From Squalus acanthias (taxonomy: Eukaryota): a DNA stretch of 64,000 nt. This document shows positions 37,137 through 52,100 of this stretch, piece by piece. The stretch lies in NCBI GenBank assembly GCA_030390025.1, contig JASTWF010000033.1, forward strand, positions 1,738,001 to 1,802,000. Direction: 5' to 3'. Position 1 is the first letter of the stretch. Every line of letters starts with the position of its first letter. The notes beneath the pieces were generated by a model, which made no database searches, had not been told where the DNA came from, and worked only from the letters and a program-made list of their open reading frames with translations. Made by a program: the position numbers and the translations under genes.

Positions 37137-40100
37137 TATACCTGCCCTGGGATTGTTTGATGGGACAGTGTAGAGGGAGCTTTATTCTATCTAACCCGTG
37201 CTGTACCTGGCCTCGGAGTGTTTGATGGGACAGCATAGAGCGAGCTTTACTCTGTATCTAACCCGTGCTGCACCTACCCTGGGAGTGTTTGGTGGGACAA
37301 TGTAGAGGGAGCTTTACTCTGTATCTAACCCATGCTGTACCTGCCCGGGGAGTGTTTGATGGGACAGTATAGAGGGAGCTTTACTCTGTATCTAACCCCG
37401 TACTGTACCTTCCCTGGGAGTGTTTGATGGGACAGTGCAGAGGGAGCTTTACTCTGTATCTAACCCGTGCTGTACCTGCCCTGGGAGTGTTTGATGGGAT
37501 AATGTAGAGGGAGTTTTACTCTGTATCTAACCCGTGCTGTACCTGCCCTGGCAGTGTTTGATGGGACAGTGTAGAGGTAGCATTACTCTGTATCTAACCC
37601 GTGCTGTACCTGCCCTGGCAGTGTTTGATGGGACAGTGCAGAGGGAGCTTTACTCTATATTTAACCCGTGCTGTACCTACCCTGGCAGAGTTTGATGGGA
37701 CAGTATAGAGCGAGCTTTACTCTGTATCTAACCCGTGCTGTGCCTTCCCTGGGAGTGTTTGATAGGACAGTACAGAGCGAGCTTTACTCTGTATCCAACC
37801 CCTGCTGTACCTGCCCTGGGAGTGTTTGATGGGACAGTGTAGAGGGAGCTTTACTCTGTATCTGACCCGTGCTGTACCTGCCCTGGGAGTGTTTGATGGG
37901 ATAGTGTCAATGGAATTTTACTCTGTATCTAACCCGTGCTGTACCTGCGCGGGGAATGTTTGATGGTACAGTGTAGAAGGAGCTTAACACTGTATCTAAC
38001 CCGTGCTGTACCTGCCATGGGAGTGTTTGGTGGGACAATGTAGAGGGAGCTTTACTCTGTATCTAAACCATGCTGTATGTGCCCTAGGAGTGTTTGATGG
38101 GATAACGTAGAGGGAGTTTTACTCTGTATCTAACCCGTGCTGTACCTGCGCGGGGAATGTTTGATGGGACAGTGTGGAAGGAGCTTAACACTGTATCTAA
38201 CCCGTGCTGCACCTGCCCTGGGAGTGTATGATGGGACAGTGTCGAGGGAGCATTACTCTGTATCTAACCCGTGCTGTACCTGCCCGAGGAGAGTTTGATG
38301 GGACAGTATAGAGCGACCTTTACTCTGTATGTAACCCGTGCTGTACCTACCCTGGGAGTGTTTGACGGGACAGTGTAGAGGGAGCTTTACTCTGTATCTA
38401 ACCCGTGCTGTACCTGCCCTGGGAGTGTTTGATGGGACAGTGTAGAGGGAGCTTTACTCTGTATCTAACCCCGTGCTGTACCTGCCCTGAGAGTGTTTGA
38501 TGGAACAGTGTAGAGCGAGCTTTACTCTGTATCTAACCCATGCTGTACCTACCCTGGGAGTGTTTGGTGGGACAATGTAGTGGGAGCTTTACTCTGTATG
38601 TAACCCGTGCTGTACCTACCCTGGGAGTGTTTGACGGGACAGTGTAGAGGGAGCTTTACTCTGTATCTAACCCGGTGCTGTACCTGCCCTGGGAGTGTTT
38701 GATGGAACAGTGTAGAGCGAGCTTTACTCTGTATCTAACCCATGCTGTACCTACCCTGGGAGTGTTTGGTGGGACAATGTAGTGGGAGCTTTACTGTGTA
38801 TCTAACCCATTCTGTACCTGCCCTGGGAGTGTTTGATGGGATAGTGTAAAGGGAGCTTTACTGTGTATGTAACCCGTGCTGTACCTGCCCTGGGAGTGTT
38901 TGATGGGACAGTGCAGAGGGAGCTTTACTCTGTATCTAACCCGTGCTGTACCTGCCCTGGAAGTGTTTGATGGGACAATGTAGAGGGAGCTTTACTCTGT
39001 ATGTAACCTGTGCTGTACCTGCCCTGGGAGTGTTGGATGGGACAGTGCAGAGGGTGCTTTACTCTGTATCTAACCCTTGCTGTACCTGCCCTGGGAGTGT
39101 TTGATGGTACAGAAAAGCGGGAGCTTTACTCTGCAACTAACGCGTGCTGTACCTGCCCTGGGAGTGTTTGGTGGGACAGTGTAGAGGGTGCTTTACTCTG
39201 TATCTAACCCTTGCTGTACCTGCCCTGGGAGTGTTTGATGGGACAGTATAGCGGGAGTTTTACTCTGTAACTAACCCGTGCTGTACCTGCCCTGGAAGTG
39301 TTTGATGGGACAATGTACAGGGTGCTTTACTCTGTATGTAACCTGTGCTGTACCTGCCCTGGGAGTGTTGGATGGGACAGTGTAGCGCGAGCTTTATTCT
39401 GTATTTAACCCGTGCTGTAACTGCCCTGGGAGTGTTTGATGGGACAGTGTAGAGGGAGCTTTACTCTGTATCTAACCCGTGCTGTACCTGCCCTGGGAGT
39501 GTTTGATGGGACAGTGTAGAGGGAGCTTTACTCTTTATCTAACCCGTGCTGTACCTGCCCTGCGAGTGTTTGATGGGACAGTGCAGAGGGAGCTTTACTC
39601 TGTAGCTAACCCGTGCTGTACCTTCCCTGGGAGTGTTTGGTGGGACAATGTAGCGGGAGCTTTACTCTGTATCTAAACCATGCTGTACCTGCCCTGGGAG
39701 TGTTTGATGGGACAGTATAGCGGGAGTTTTACTCTGTAACTAACCCGTGCTGTACCTGCCCTGGAAGTGTTTGATGGGGCAATGTACAGGGTGCTTTACT
39801 CTGTATGTAACCTGTGCTGTACCTGCCCTGGGAGTGTTGGATGGCACAGTGTAGCGCGAGCTTTACTCTGTATCTAACCTGTGCTGTAGATGCCCTGGGA
39901 CTGTTTGATGGGACTGTGTAGAGGGAGCTATACTCTATATTTAACCCGTGCTGTACCTGCCCAGGCAGTGTTTGATGGGACAGTGCAGAGGGAGCTTTAC
40001 TCTGTATCTGACCCGTGCTGTACCTGCCCTGGGAGTGTTTGATGGGACCGTGTAGAGGGAGTTTTACTCTGTAACTAACCCCTGCTGTACCTGCCCTGGG

Positions 40101-43100
40101 AGGGTTTGATGGGACAGTGTAGAGGGAGCTTTACTCTGTATCTGACCCGTGCTGCACCTGCCCTGTGAGTGTTTGATGGGATAGTGTCAATGTAGTTTTA
40201 CTCTGTATCTCACCCGTGCTGTGCCTGCCATGGGAGTGTTTGATGGGACAGTGTGGAGGAAGCTTTACTCTGTATTTAACCCGTGCTGTACCTGCCCTGG
40301 GAGTGTTTGATGGGACAGTGTAGAGGGAGCTTTACTCTGTAGCTAACCCGTGCTGTACCTGCCCTGGGAGTGTTTGATGGGACAGTGTAGAGGGAGCTTT
40401 ATTCTGTATTTAACCCGTGCTGTAACTGCCCTGGGAGTGTTTGATGGGACAGTGTAGAGGGAGCTTTACTGTGTATCTAACCCATTCTGTACCTGCCCTG
40501 GGAGTGTTTGATGGGATAGTGTAAAGGGAGCTTTACTGTGTATGTAACCAGTGCTGTACCTACCCTGGGAGTGTTTGATGGGACAGTGCAGAGGGAGCTT
40601 TACTCTGTATCTAACCCGTGCTGTACCTGCACTGGAAGTGTTTGATGGGACAATGTTGAGGGAGCTTTACTCTGTATGTAACCTGTGCTGCACACGCCCT
40701 CGGAGTGTTGGATGGGACAGTGCAGAGGGTGCTTTACTCTGTATCTAACCCTTGCTGTACCTGCCCTGGGAGTGTTTGATGGGACAGAAAAGCGGGAGCT
40801 TTACTCTGCAACTAACCCGTGCTGTACCTGCCCTGGGAGTGTTTGGTGGGTCAGTGTAGAGGGTGCTTTACTCTGTATCTAACCCTTGCTGTACCTGCCC
40901 TGGGAGTGTTTGATGGGACAGTATAGCGGGAGTTTTACTCTGTAACTAACCCGTGCTGTACCTGCCCTGGAAGTGTTTGATGGGACAATGTACAGGGTGC
41001 TTTACTCTGTATGTAACCTGTGCTGTACCTGCCCTGGGAGTGTTGGATGGGACAGTGTAGCGCGAGCTTTACTCTGTATCTAACCCGTGCTGTAGATGCC
41101 CTGGGACTGTTTGATGGGACAGTGCAGAGGGAGCTATACTCTATATTTAACCCGTGCTGTACCTGCCCAGGCAGTGTTTGATGGGACAGTGTAGAGGGAG
41201 CTTTACTCTGTATCTGACCCGTGCTGTACCTGCCCTGGGAGTGTTTGATGGGACCGTGTAGAGGGAGTTTTACTCTGTAGCTAACCCCTGCTGTACCTGC
41301 CCTGGGAGAATTTGATGGGACAGTGTAGAGGGACCTTTACTCTGTATCTGACCCGTGCTGCACCTGCCCTGTGAGTGTTTGATGGGATAGTGTCAATGGA
41401 GTTTTACTCTGTATCTCACCCGTGCTGTGCCTGCCCTGGGAGTGTTTGATGGGACAGTGTGGAGGAAGCTTTACTCTGTATCTAACCCGTGCGGTACCTG
41501 CCCTGGGAGTGTTTGATGGGACAGTGTAGAGGGAGCTTTACTCTGTAGCTAACCCGTGCTGTACCTGCCCTGGGAGTGTTTGATGGGACAGTGTAGAGGG
41601 ACCTTTATTCTGTATTTAACCCGTGCTGTACCTGCCCTGGGAGTGTTTGATGGGACAGTGTAGAGGGAGCTTTACTCTTTATCTAACCCGTGCTGTACCT
41701 GCCCTGCGAGTGTTTGATGGGACAGTGCAGAGGGAGCTTTTCTCTGTAGCTAACCCGTGCTGTACCTGCCCTGGGAGTGTTTGCTGGGACAATGTAGAGG
41801 GAGCTTTAATCTGTATCTAACCCGTGCTGTACCTTCCCTGGGAGTGTTTGGTGGGACAATGTAGCGGGGGCTTTACTCTGTATCTAACCCGTGCTGTACA
41901 TGCCCTGGGACTGTTTGATGAGACAGTATAGAGGGAGCTTTACTCTGTATCTAACCCGTGCTGTACCTGCCCTGGGAGTGTTTGATGGGATAGTGTAAAG
42001 GAAGCTTTACTCTGTATGTTGCCTGTGCTGTACCTGCCCTGGAAGTGTTTGATGTGACAGTGTAGAGGGAGCTTTACTCTGTTTCTAACCTGTGCTGTAC
42101 CTGCCCTCGGAGTGTTTGATGGGACAGTATAGAGCGAGCTTTACTCTGTATCTAACCCGTGCTGTACCGACCCTGTGAGTGTTTGGTGGGACAGTGCAGA
42201 GGGAGCTTTACTCTGTATCTAACCCGTGCTGTACCTGCCCTGGGAGTGCTTGATGGGACAGTGTAGAGGGAGCTTTACTCGATATTTATCCCGTGCTGTA
42301 CATGCATTGGCAGTGTTTGATGGGACAGTGTAGAGGGAGCTTTGCTCTGTATCTAACCTGTGCTGTACCTACCCTGGGAGTGTTTGATGGGACGATGTAG
42401 AGGGACCTTTACTCTATCTTTCCCGTGCTGTACCTACCCTGGGAGTGTTTGATGGGACAGTTAGAGCGTGCTTTACTCTGTATCTAACCCGTGCTGTACC
42501 TCTCCTGGGAGTGTTTGGTGGGACAGAGCAGAGGGAGCTATACTCTGTATCTAACCCGTGCTTTACCTGCCCTGGGAGTGCTTGATGGGACAGTACAGAG
42601 GGAGCTTTACTCTGTCTCTAACCCCGTGCTGTACCTGCCCTGGGAGTGTTTGATGGAACAGTATAGAGCGAGCTTTACTCTGTATCTAACCCATGCTGTA
42701 CCTACCCTGGGAGTGTTTGGTGGGACAATGTAGTGGGAGCTTTACTGTGTATCTAACCCGTGCTGTAACTGCCCTGGGAGTGTTTGATGGGATAGTGCAA
42801 AGGGAGCTTTACTGTGTATGTAACCCGTGCTGTACCTGCCCTGGGAGTGTTTGATGGGACAGTGCAGAGGGAGCTTTACTCTGTATCTAACCCGTGCTGT
42901 ACCTGCCCTGGAAGTGTTTGATGGGACAATGTAGAGGGAGCTTTACTCTGTATGTAACCTGTGCTGTACCTGCCCTGGGAGTGTTTGATGGGACAGTGTA
43001 GAGGGTGCTTTACTCTGTATGTAACCCTTGCTGTACCTGCCCTGGGAGTGTTTGATGGGACAGTATAGCGGGAGATTTACTCTGTAACTAACCCGTGCTG

Positions 43101-46100
43101 TACCTGCCCTGGGAGTGTTTGGTGGGACAGTGTAGAGGGAGCTTTACTCTGTATCTAACACGTGCTGTACCTGCCCTAGGAATGTCAGATGGGATAATGT
43201 AGAGGGAGTTTTACTCTTTATCTAACCCGTGCTGTAGATGCCCTGGGACTGTTTGATGGGACAGTGTAGAGGGAGCTATACTCTGTATCTAACCTGTGCT
43301 GTACCTACCCTGGGAGTGTTTGATGGGACAGTGCAGAGGGAGCTATACTCTGTATCTAACCTGTGCTGTACCTGCCTTGGGAGTGTTTGATGTGACAGTA
43401 TGGAGCGAGTTTTACACTGTATCTAACCCGTGCTGTGCCTGCCCTGGGAGTGTTTGATGGGACAGTGTGGAGGGAGCTTTACTCTGTATGTAACCGTGCT
43501 GTACCTGCCCTGGAAGTGTTTGATGCGACAGTGTAGAGGGAGCTTTACTCTGTATCTATACCGTGCTGTACCTGCCCTGGGAGTGTTGGATGGGACAGTG
43601 CAGAGGGTGCTTTACTCTGTATCTAACCCTTGCTGTACCTGCCCTGGGAGTGTTTGATGGGACAGAAAAGCGGGAGCTTTACTCTGCAACTAACCCGTGC
43701 TGTACCTGCCCTGGGAGTGTTTGGTGGGTCAGTGTAGAGGGTGCTTTACTCTGTATCTAACCCTTGCTGTACCTGCCCTGGGAGTGTTTGATGGGACAGT
43801 ATAGCGGGAGTTTTACTCTGTAACTAACCCGTGCTGTACCTGCCCTGGAAGTGTTTGATGGGACAATGTACAGGGTGCTTTACTCTGTATGTAACCTGTG
43901 CTGTACCTGCCCTGGGAGTGTTGGATGGGACAGTGTTGCGCGAGCTTTACTGTGTATCTAACCCGTGCTGTAGATGCCCTGGGACTGTTTGATGGGACAG
44001 TGTAGAGGGAGCTATACTCTATATTTAACCCGTGCTGTACCTGCCCAGGCAGTGTTTGATGGGACAGTGTAGAGGGAGCTTTACTCTGTATCTGACCCGT
44101 GCTGTACCTGCCCTGGGAGTGTTTGATGGGACCGTGTAGAGGGAGTTTTACTCTGTAACTAACCCCTGCTGTACCTGCCCTGGGAGAATTTGATGGGACA
44201 GTGTAGAGGGAGCTTTACTCTGTATCTGACCCGTGCTGCACCTGCCCTGTGAGTGTTTGATGGGATAGTGTCAATGGAGTTTTACTCTGTATCTCACCCG
44301 TGCTGTGCCTGCCCTGGGAGTGTTTGATGGGACAGTGTGGAGGAAGCTTTACTCTGTATATATCCCGTGCGGTACCTGCCCTGGGAGTGTTTGATGGGAC
44401 AGTGTAGAGGGAGCTTTACTCTGTAGCTAACCCGTGCTGTACCTGCCCTGGGATTGTTTGATGGGACAGTGTAGAGGGAGCTTTATTCTGTATTTAACCC
44501 GTGCTGTACCTGCCCTGGGAGTGTTTGATGGGACAGTGTAGAGGGAGCTTTACTCTTTATCTAACCCGTGCTGTACCTGCGCTGCGAGTGTTTGATGGGA
44601 CAGTGCAGAGGGAGCTTTACTCTGTAGCTAACCCGTGCTGTACCTGCCCTGGGAGTGTTTGCTGGGACAATGTAGAGGGAGCTTTAATCTGTATCTAACC
44701 CGTGCTGTACCTTCCCTGGGAGTGTTTGGTGGGACAATGTAGCGGGAGCTTTACTCTGTATCTAAACCATGCTGTACCTGCCCTAGGAGTGTTTGATGGG
44801 ATAGTGTAAAGGGAGCTTTACTCTGTATCTAACCCGTGCTGTACATGCCCTGGGACTGTTTGATGAGACAGTATAGAGGGAGCTTTACTCTGTTTCTAAC
44901 CTGTGCTGTACCTGCCCTCGGAGTGTTTGATGGGACAGTGTAGAGGGAGCTTTACTCTGTATCTAACCCGTGCTGTACCTGCCCTGGGAGTGTTTGATGG
45001 GACAGTGTAGAGGGAGTTTTACTCTGTATCTAACCCGTGCTGTACCTGCCCTGGGAGTGTTTGATGGGACAGTGTAGAGGGAGTTTTACTCTGTATCTAT
45101 ACCGTGCTGTACCTGCCCTGGGAGTGTTGGATGGGACAGTGCAGAGGGTGCTTTACTCTGTATCTAACCCTTGCTGTACCTGCCCTGGGAGTGTTTGATG
45201 GGACAGAAAAGCGGGAGCTTTACTCTGCAACTAACCCATGCTGTACCTGCCCTGGGAGTGTTTGGTGGGTCAGTGTAGAGGGTGCTTTACTCTGTATCTA
45301 ACCCTTGCTGTACCTGCCCTGGGCGTGTTTGATGGGACAGTATAGCGGGAGTTTTACTCTGTAACTAACCCGTGCTGTACCTGCCCTGGAAGTGTTTGAT
45401 GGGACAATGTACAGGGTGCTTTACTCTGTATGTAACCTGTGCTGTACCTGCCCTGGGAGTGTTGGATGGGACAGTGTTGCGCGAGCTTTACTCTGTATCT
45501 AACCCGTGCTGTAGATGCCCTGGGACTGTTTGATGGGACAGTGTAGAGGGAGCTATACTCTATATTTTACCCGTGCTGTACCTGCCCAGGCAGTGTTTGA
45601 TGGGACAGTGTAGAGGGAGCTTTACTCTGTATCTGACCCGTGCTGTACCTGCCCTGGGAGTATTTGATGGGACCGTGTAGAGGGGGTTTTACTCTGTAAC
45701 TAACCCATGCTGTACCTGCCCTGGGAGAATTTGATGGGACAGTGTAGAGGGAGCTTTACTCTGTATCTGACCCGTGCTGCACCTGCCCTGTGAGTGTTTG
45801 ATGGGATAGTGTCAATGGAGTTTTACTCTGTATCTCACCCGTGCTGTGCCTGCCCTGGGAGTGTTTGATGGGACAGTGTGGAGGAAGCTTTACTCTGTAT
45901 CTAACCCGTGCAGTACCTGCCCTGGGAGTGTTTGATGGGACAGTGTAGAGGGAGCTTTACTCTGTAGCTAACCCGTGCTGTACCTGCCCTGGGAGTGTTT
46001 GCTGGGACAATGTAGAGGGAGCTTTAATCTGTATCTAACCCGTGCTGTACCTTCCCTGGGAGTGTTTGGTGGGACAATGTAGCGGGAGCTTTACTCTGTA

Positions 46101-49100
46101 TCTAAACCATGCTGTACCTGCCCTAGGAGTGTTTGATGGGATAGTGTAAAGGGAGCTTTACTCTGTATCTAACCCGTGCTGTACATGCCCTGGGACTGTT
46201 TGATGAGACAGTATAGAGGGAGCTTTACTCTGTTTCCTAACCTGTGCTGTACCTGCCCTCGGAGTGTTTGATGGGACAGTGTAGAGGGAGCTTTACTCTG
46301 TATCTAACCCGTGCTGTACCTGCCCTGGGAGTGTTTGATGGGACAGTGTAGAGGGAGCTTTACTCTGTATCTAACCCGTGCTGTACCTGCCCTGGGAGTG
46401 TTTGATGGGACAGTGTAGAGGGAGCTTTACTCTGTATCTAACCCGTGCTGTACCTGCCCTGGGAGTGTTTGATGGGACAGTGTAGAGGGAGCTTTACTCT
46501 GTATCTAACCCGTGCTGTACCTGCCCTGGGAGTGTTTGATGGGACAGTGTAGAGGGAGCTTTACTCTGTATCTAACCCGTGCTGTACCTGCCCTGGAGTG
46601 TTTGATGGGACAGTGTAGAGGGAGCTTTACTCTGTATCTAACCCGTGCTGTACCTGCCCTGGGAGTGTTTGATGGGACAGTGTAGAGGGAGCTTTACTCT
46701 GTATCTAACCCGTGCTGTACCTGCCCTGGGAGTGTTTGATGGGACAGTGTAGAGGGAGCTTTACTCTGTATCTAACCCGTGCTGTACCTGCCCTGGGAGT
46801 GTTTGATGGGACAGTGTAGAGGGAGCTTTACTCTGTATCTAACCCGTGCTGTACCTGCCCTGGGAGTGTTTGATGGGACAGTGTAGAGGGAGCTTTACTC
46901 TGTATCTAACCCGTGCTGTACCTGCCCTGGGAGTGTTTGATGGGACAGTGTAGAGGGAGCTTTACTCTGTATCTAACCCGTGCTGTACCTGCCCTGGGAG
47001 TGTTTGATGGGACAGTGTAGAGGGAGCTTTACTCTGTATCTAACCCGTGCTGTACCTGCCCTGGGAGTGTTTGATGGGACAGTGTAGAGGGAGCTTTACT
47101 CTGTATCTAACCCGTGCTGTACCTGCCCTGGGAGTGTTTGATGGGACAGTGTAGAGGGAGCTTTACTCTGTATCTAACCCGTGCTGTACCTGCCCTGGGA
47201 GTGTTTGATGGGACAGTGTAGAGGGAGCTTTACTCTGTATCTAACCCGTGCTGTACCTGCCCTGGGAGTGTTTGATGGGACAGTGTAGAGGGAGCTTTAC
47301 TCTGTATCTAACCCGTGCTGTACCTGCCCTGGGAGTGTTTGATGGGACAGTGTAGAGGGAGCTTTACTCTGTATCTAACCCGTGCTGTACCTGCCCTGGG
47401 AGTGTTTGATGGGACAGTGTAGAGGGAGCTTTACTCTGTATCTAACCCGTGCTGTACCTGCCCTGGGAGTGTTTGATGGGACAGTGTAGAGGGAGCTTTA
47501 CTCTGTATCTAACCCGTGCTGTACCTGCCCTGGGAGTGTTTGATGGGACAGTGTAGAGGGAGCTTTACTCTGTATCTAACCCGTGCTGTACCTGCCCTGG
47601 GAGTGTTTGATGGGACAGTGTAGAGGGAGCTTTACTCTGTATCTAACCCGTGCTGTACCTGCCCTGGGAGTGTTTGATGGGACAGTGTAGAGGGAGCTTT
47701 ACTCTGTATCTAACCCGTGCTGTACCTGCCCTGGGAGTGTTTGATGGGACAGTGTAGAGGGAGCTTTACTCTGTATCTAACCCGTGCTGTACCTGCCCTG
47801 GGAGTGTTTGATGGGACAGTGTAGAGGGAGCTTTACTCTGTATCTAACCCGTGCTGTACCTGCCCTGGGAGTGTTTGATGGGACAGTGTAGAGGGAGCTT
47901 TACTCTGTATCTAACCCGTGCTGTACCTGCCCTGGGAGTGTTTGATGGGACAGTGTAGAGGGAGCTTTACTCTGTATCTAACCCGTGCTGTACCTGCCCT
48001 GGGAGTGTTTGATGGGACAGTGTAGAGGGAGCTTTACTCTGTATCTAACCCGTGCTGTACCTGCCCTGGGAGTGTTTGATGGGACAGTGTAGAGGGAGCT
48101 TTACTCTGTATCTAACCCGTGCTGTACCTGCCCTGGGAGTGTTTGATGGGACAGTGTAGAGGGAGCTTTACTCTGTATCTAACCCGTGCTGTACCTGCCC
48201 TGGGAGTGTTTGATGGGACAGTGTAGAGGGAGCTTTACTCTGTATCTAACCCGTGCTGTACCTGCCCTGGGAGTGTTTGATGGGACAGTGTAGAGGGAGC
48301 TTTACTCTGTATCTAACCCGTGCTGTACCTGCCCTGGGAGTGTTTGATGGACAGTGTAGAGGGAGCTTTACTCTGTATCTAACCCGTGCTGTACCTGCCC
48401 TGGGAGTGTTTGATGGGACAGTGTAGAGGGAGCTTTACTCTGTATCTAACCCGTGCTGTACCTGCCCTGGGAGTGTTTGATGGGACAGTGTAGAGGGAGC
48501 TTTACTCTGTATCTAACCCGTGCTGTACCTGCCCTGGGAGTGTTTGATGGGACAGTGTAGAGGGAGCTTTACTCTGTATCTAACCCGTGCTGTACCTGCC
48601 CTGGGAGTGTTTGATGGGACAGTGTAGAGGGAGCTTTACTCTGTATCTAACCCGTGCTGTACCTGCCCTGGGATGTTTTTGATGGGACAGTGTAGAGGGA
48701 GCTTTACTCTGTATCTAACCCTGCTGTACCTGCCCTGGGAGTGTTTGATGGGACAGTGTAGAGGGAGCTTTACTCTGTATCTAACCCGTGCTGTACCTGC
48801 CCTGGGAGTGTTTGATGGGACAGTGTAGAGGGAGCTTTACTCTGTATCTAACCCTGCTGTACCTGCCCTGGGAGTGTTTGATGGGACAGTGTAGAGGGAG
48901 CTTTACTCTGTATCTAACCCGTGCTGTACCTGCCCTGGGAGTGTTTGATGGGACAGTGTAGAGGGAGCTTTACTCTGTATCTAACCCGTGCTGTACCTGC
49001 CCTGGGAGTGTTTGATGGGACAGTGTAGAGGGAGCTTTACTCTGTATCTAACCCGTGCTGTACCTGCCCTGGGAGTGTTTGATGGGACAGTATAGAGGGA

Positions 49101-52100
49101 GCTTTACTCTGTATCTAACCCGTGCTGTACCTGCCCTGGGAGTGTTTGATGGGACAGTGTAGAGGGAGCTTTACTCTGTATCTAACCCGTGCTGTACCTG
49201 CCCTGGGAGTGTTTGATGGGACAGTGTAGAGGGAGCTTTACTCTGTATCTAACCCGTGCTGTACCTGCCCTGGGAGTGTTTGATGGGACAGTGTAGAGGA
49301 GCTTTACTCTGTATCTAACCCGTGCTGTACCTGCCCTGGGAGTGTTTGATGGGACAGTGTAGAGGGAGCTTTACTCTGTATCTAACCCGTGCTGTACCTG
49401 CCCTGGGAGTGTTTGATGGGACAGTGTAGAGGGAGCTTTACTCTGTATCTAACCCGTGCTGTACCTGCCCTGGGAGTGTTTGATGGGACAGTGTAGAGGA
49501 GCTTTACTCTGTATCTAACCCGTGCTGTACCTGCCCTGGGAGTGTTTGATGGGACAGTGTAGAGGGAGCTTTACTCTGTATCTAACCCGTGCTGTACCTG
49601 CCCTGGGAGTGTTTGATGGGACAGTGTAGAGGGAGCTTTACTCTGTATCTAACCCGTGCTGTACCTGCCCTGGGAGTGTTTGATGGGACAGTGTAGGGAG
49701 CTTTACTCTGTATCTAACCCGTGCTGTACCTGCCCTGGGAGTGTTTGATGGGACAGTGTAGAGGGAGCTTTACTCTGTATCTAACCCGTGCTGTACCTGC
49801 CCTGGGAGTGTTTGATGGGACAGTGTAGAGGGAGCTTTACTCTGTATCTAACCCGTGCTGTACCTGCCCTGGGAGTGTTTGATGGGACAGTGTAGAGGGA
49901 GCTTTACTCTGTATCTAACCCGTGCTGTACCTGCCCTGGGAGTGTTTGATGGACAGTGTAGAGGGAGCTTTACTCTGTATCTAACCCGTGCTGTACCTGC
50001 CCTGGGAGTGTTTGATGGGACAGTGTAGAGGGAGCTTTACTCTGTATCTAACCCGTGCTGTACCTGCCCTGGAGTGTTTGATGGGACAGTGTAGAGGGAG
50101 CTTTACTCTGTATCTAACCCGTGCTGTACCTGCCCTGGGAGTGTTTGATGGGACAGTGTAGAGGGAGCTTTACTCTGTATCTAACCCGTGCTGTACCTGC
50201 CCTGGGAGTGTTTGATGGGACAGTGTAGAGGGAGCTTTACTCTGTATCTAACCCGTGCTGTACCTGCCCTGGGAGTGTTTGATGGGACAGTGTAGAGGGA
50301 GCTTTACTCTGTATCTAACCCGTGCTGTACCTGCCCTGGGAGTGTTTGATGGGACAGTGTAGAGGGAGCTTTACTCTGTATCTAACCCGTGCTGTACCTG
50401 CCCTGGGAGTGTTTGATGGGACAGTGTAGAGGGAGCTTTACTCTGTATCTAACCCGTGCTGTACCTGCCCTGGGAGTGTTTGATGGGACAGTGTAGAGGG
50501 AGCTTTACTCTGTATCTAACCCGTGCTGTACCTGCCCTGGGAGTGTTTGATGGGACAGTGTAGAGGGAGCTTTACTCTGTATCTAACCCGTGCTGTACCT
50601 GCCCTGGGAGTGTTTGATGGGACAGTGTAGAGGGAGCTTTACTCTGTATCTAACCCGTGCTGTACCTGCCCTGGGAGTGTTTGATGGGACAGTGTAGAGG
50701 AGCTTTACTCTGTATCTAACCCGTGCTGTACCTGCCCTGGGAGTGTTTGATGGGACAGTGTAGAGGGAGCTTTACTCTGTATCTAACCCGTGCTGTACCT
50801 GCCCTGGGAGTGTTTGATGGGACAGTGTAGAGGGAGCTTTACTCTGTATCTAACCCGTGCTGTACCTGCCCTGGAGTGTTTGATGGGACAGTGTAGAGGG
50901 AGCTTTACTCTGTATCTAACCCGTGCTGTACCTGCCCTGGGAGTGTTTGATGGGACAGTGTAGAGGGAGCTTTACTCTGTATCTAACCGTGCTGTACCTG
51001 CCCTGGGAGTGTTTGATGGGACAGTGTAGAGGGAGCTTTACTCTGTATCTAACCCGTGCTGTACCTGCCCTGGGAGTGTTTGATGGGACAGTGTAGAGGG
51101 AGCTTTACTCTGTATCTAACCCGTGCTGTACCTGCCCTGGGAGTGTTTGATGGGACAGTGTAGAGGGAGCTTTACTCTGTATCTAACCCGTGCTGTACCT
51201 GCCCTGGGAGTGTTTGATGGGACAGTGTAGAGGGAGCTTTACTCTGTATCTAACCGTGCTGTACCTGCCCTGGGAGTGTTTGATGGGACAGTGTAGAGGG
51301 AGCTTTACTCTGTATCTAACCCGTGCTGTACCTGCCCTGGGAGTGTTTGATGGGACAGTGTAGAGGGAGCTTTACTCTGTATCTAACCCGTGCTGTACCT
51401 GCCCTGGGAGTGTTTGATGGGACAGTGTAGAGGGAGCTTTACTCTGTATCTAACCCGTGCTGTACCTGCCCTGGGAGTGTTTGATGGGACAGTGTAGAGG
51501 AGCTTTACTCTGTATCTAACCCGTGCTGTACCTGCCCTGGGAGTGTTTGATGGGACAGTGTAGAGGAGCTTTACTCTGTATCTAACCCGTGCTGTACCTG
51601 CCCTGGGAGTGTTTGATGGGACAGTGTAGAGGGAGCTTTACTCTGTATCTAACCCGTGCTGTACCTGCCCTGGGAGTGTTTGATGGGACAGTGTAGAGGA
51701 GCTTTACTCTGTATCTAACCCGTGCTGTACTGCCCTGGGAGTGTTTGATGGGACAGTGTAGAGGGAGCTTTACTCTGTATCTAACCCGTGCTGTACCTGC
51801 CCTGGGAGTGTTTGATGGACAGTGTAGAGGGAGCTTTACTCTGTATCTAACCCGTGCTGTACCTGCCCTGGGAGTGTTTGATGGGACAGTGTAGAGGGAG
51901 CTTTACTCTGTATCTAACCCGTGCTGTACCTGCCCTGGGAGTGTTTGATGGGACAGTGTAGAGGGAGCTTTACTCTGTATCTAACCCGTGCTGTACCTGC
52001 CCTGGGAGTGTTTGATGGGACAGTGTAGAGGGAGCTTTACTCTGTATCTAACCCGTGCTGTACCTGCCCTGGGAGTGTTTGATGGGACAGTGTAGAGGGA

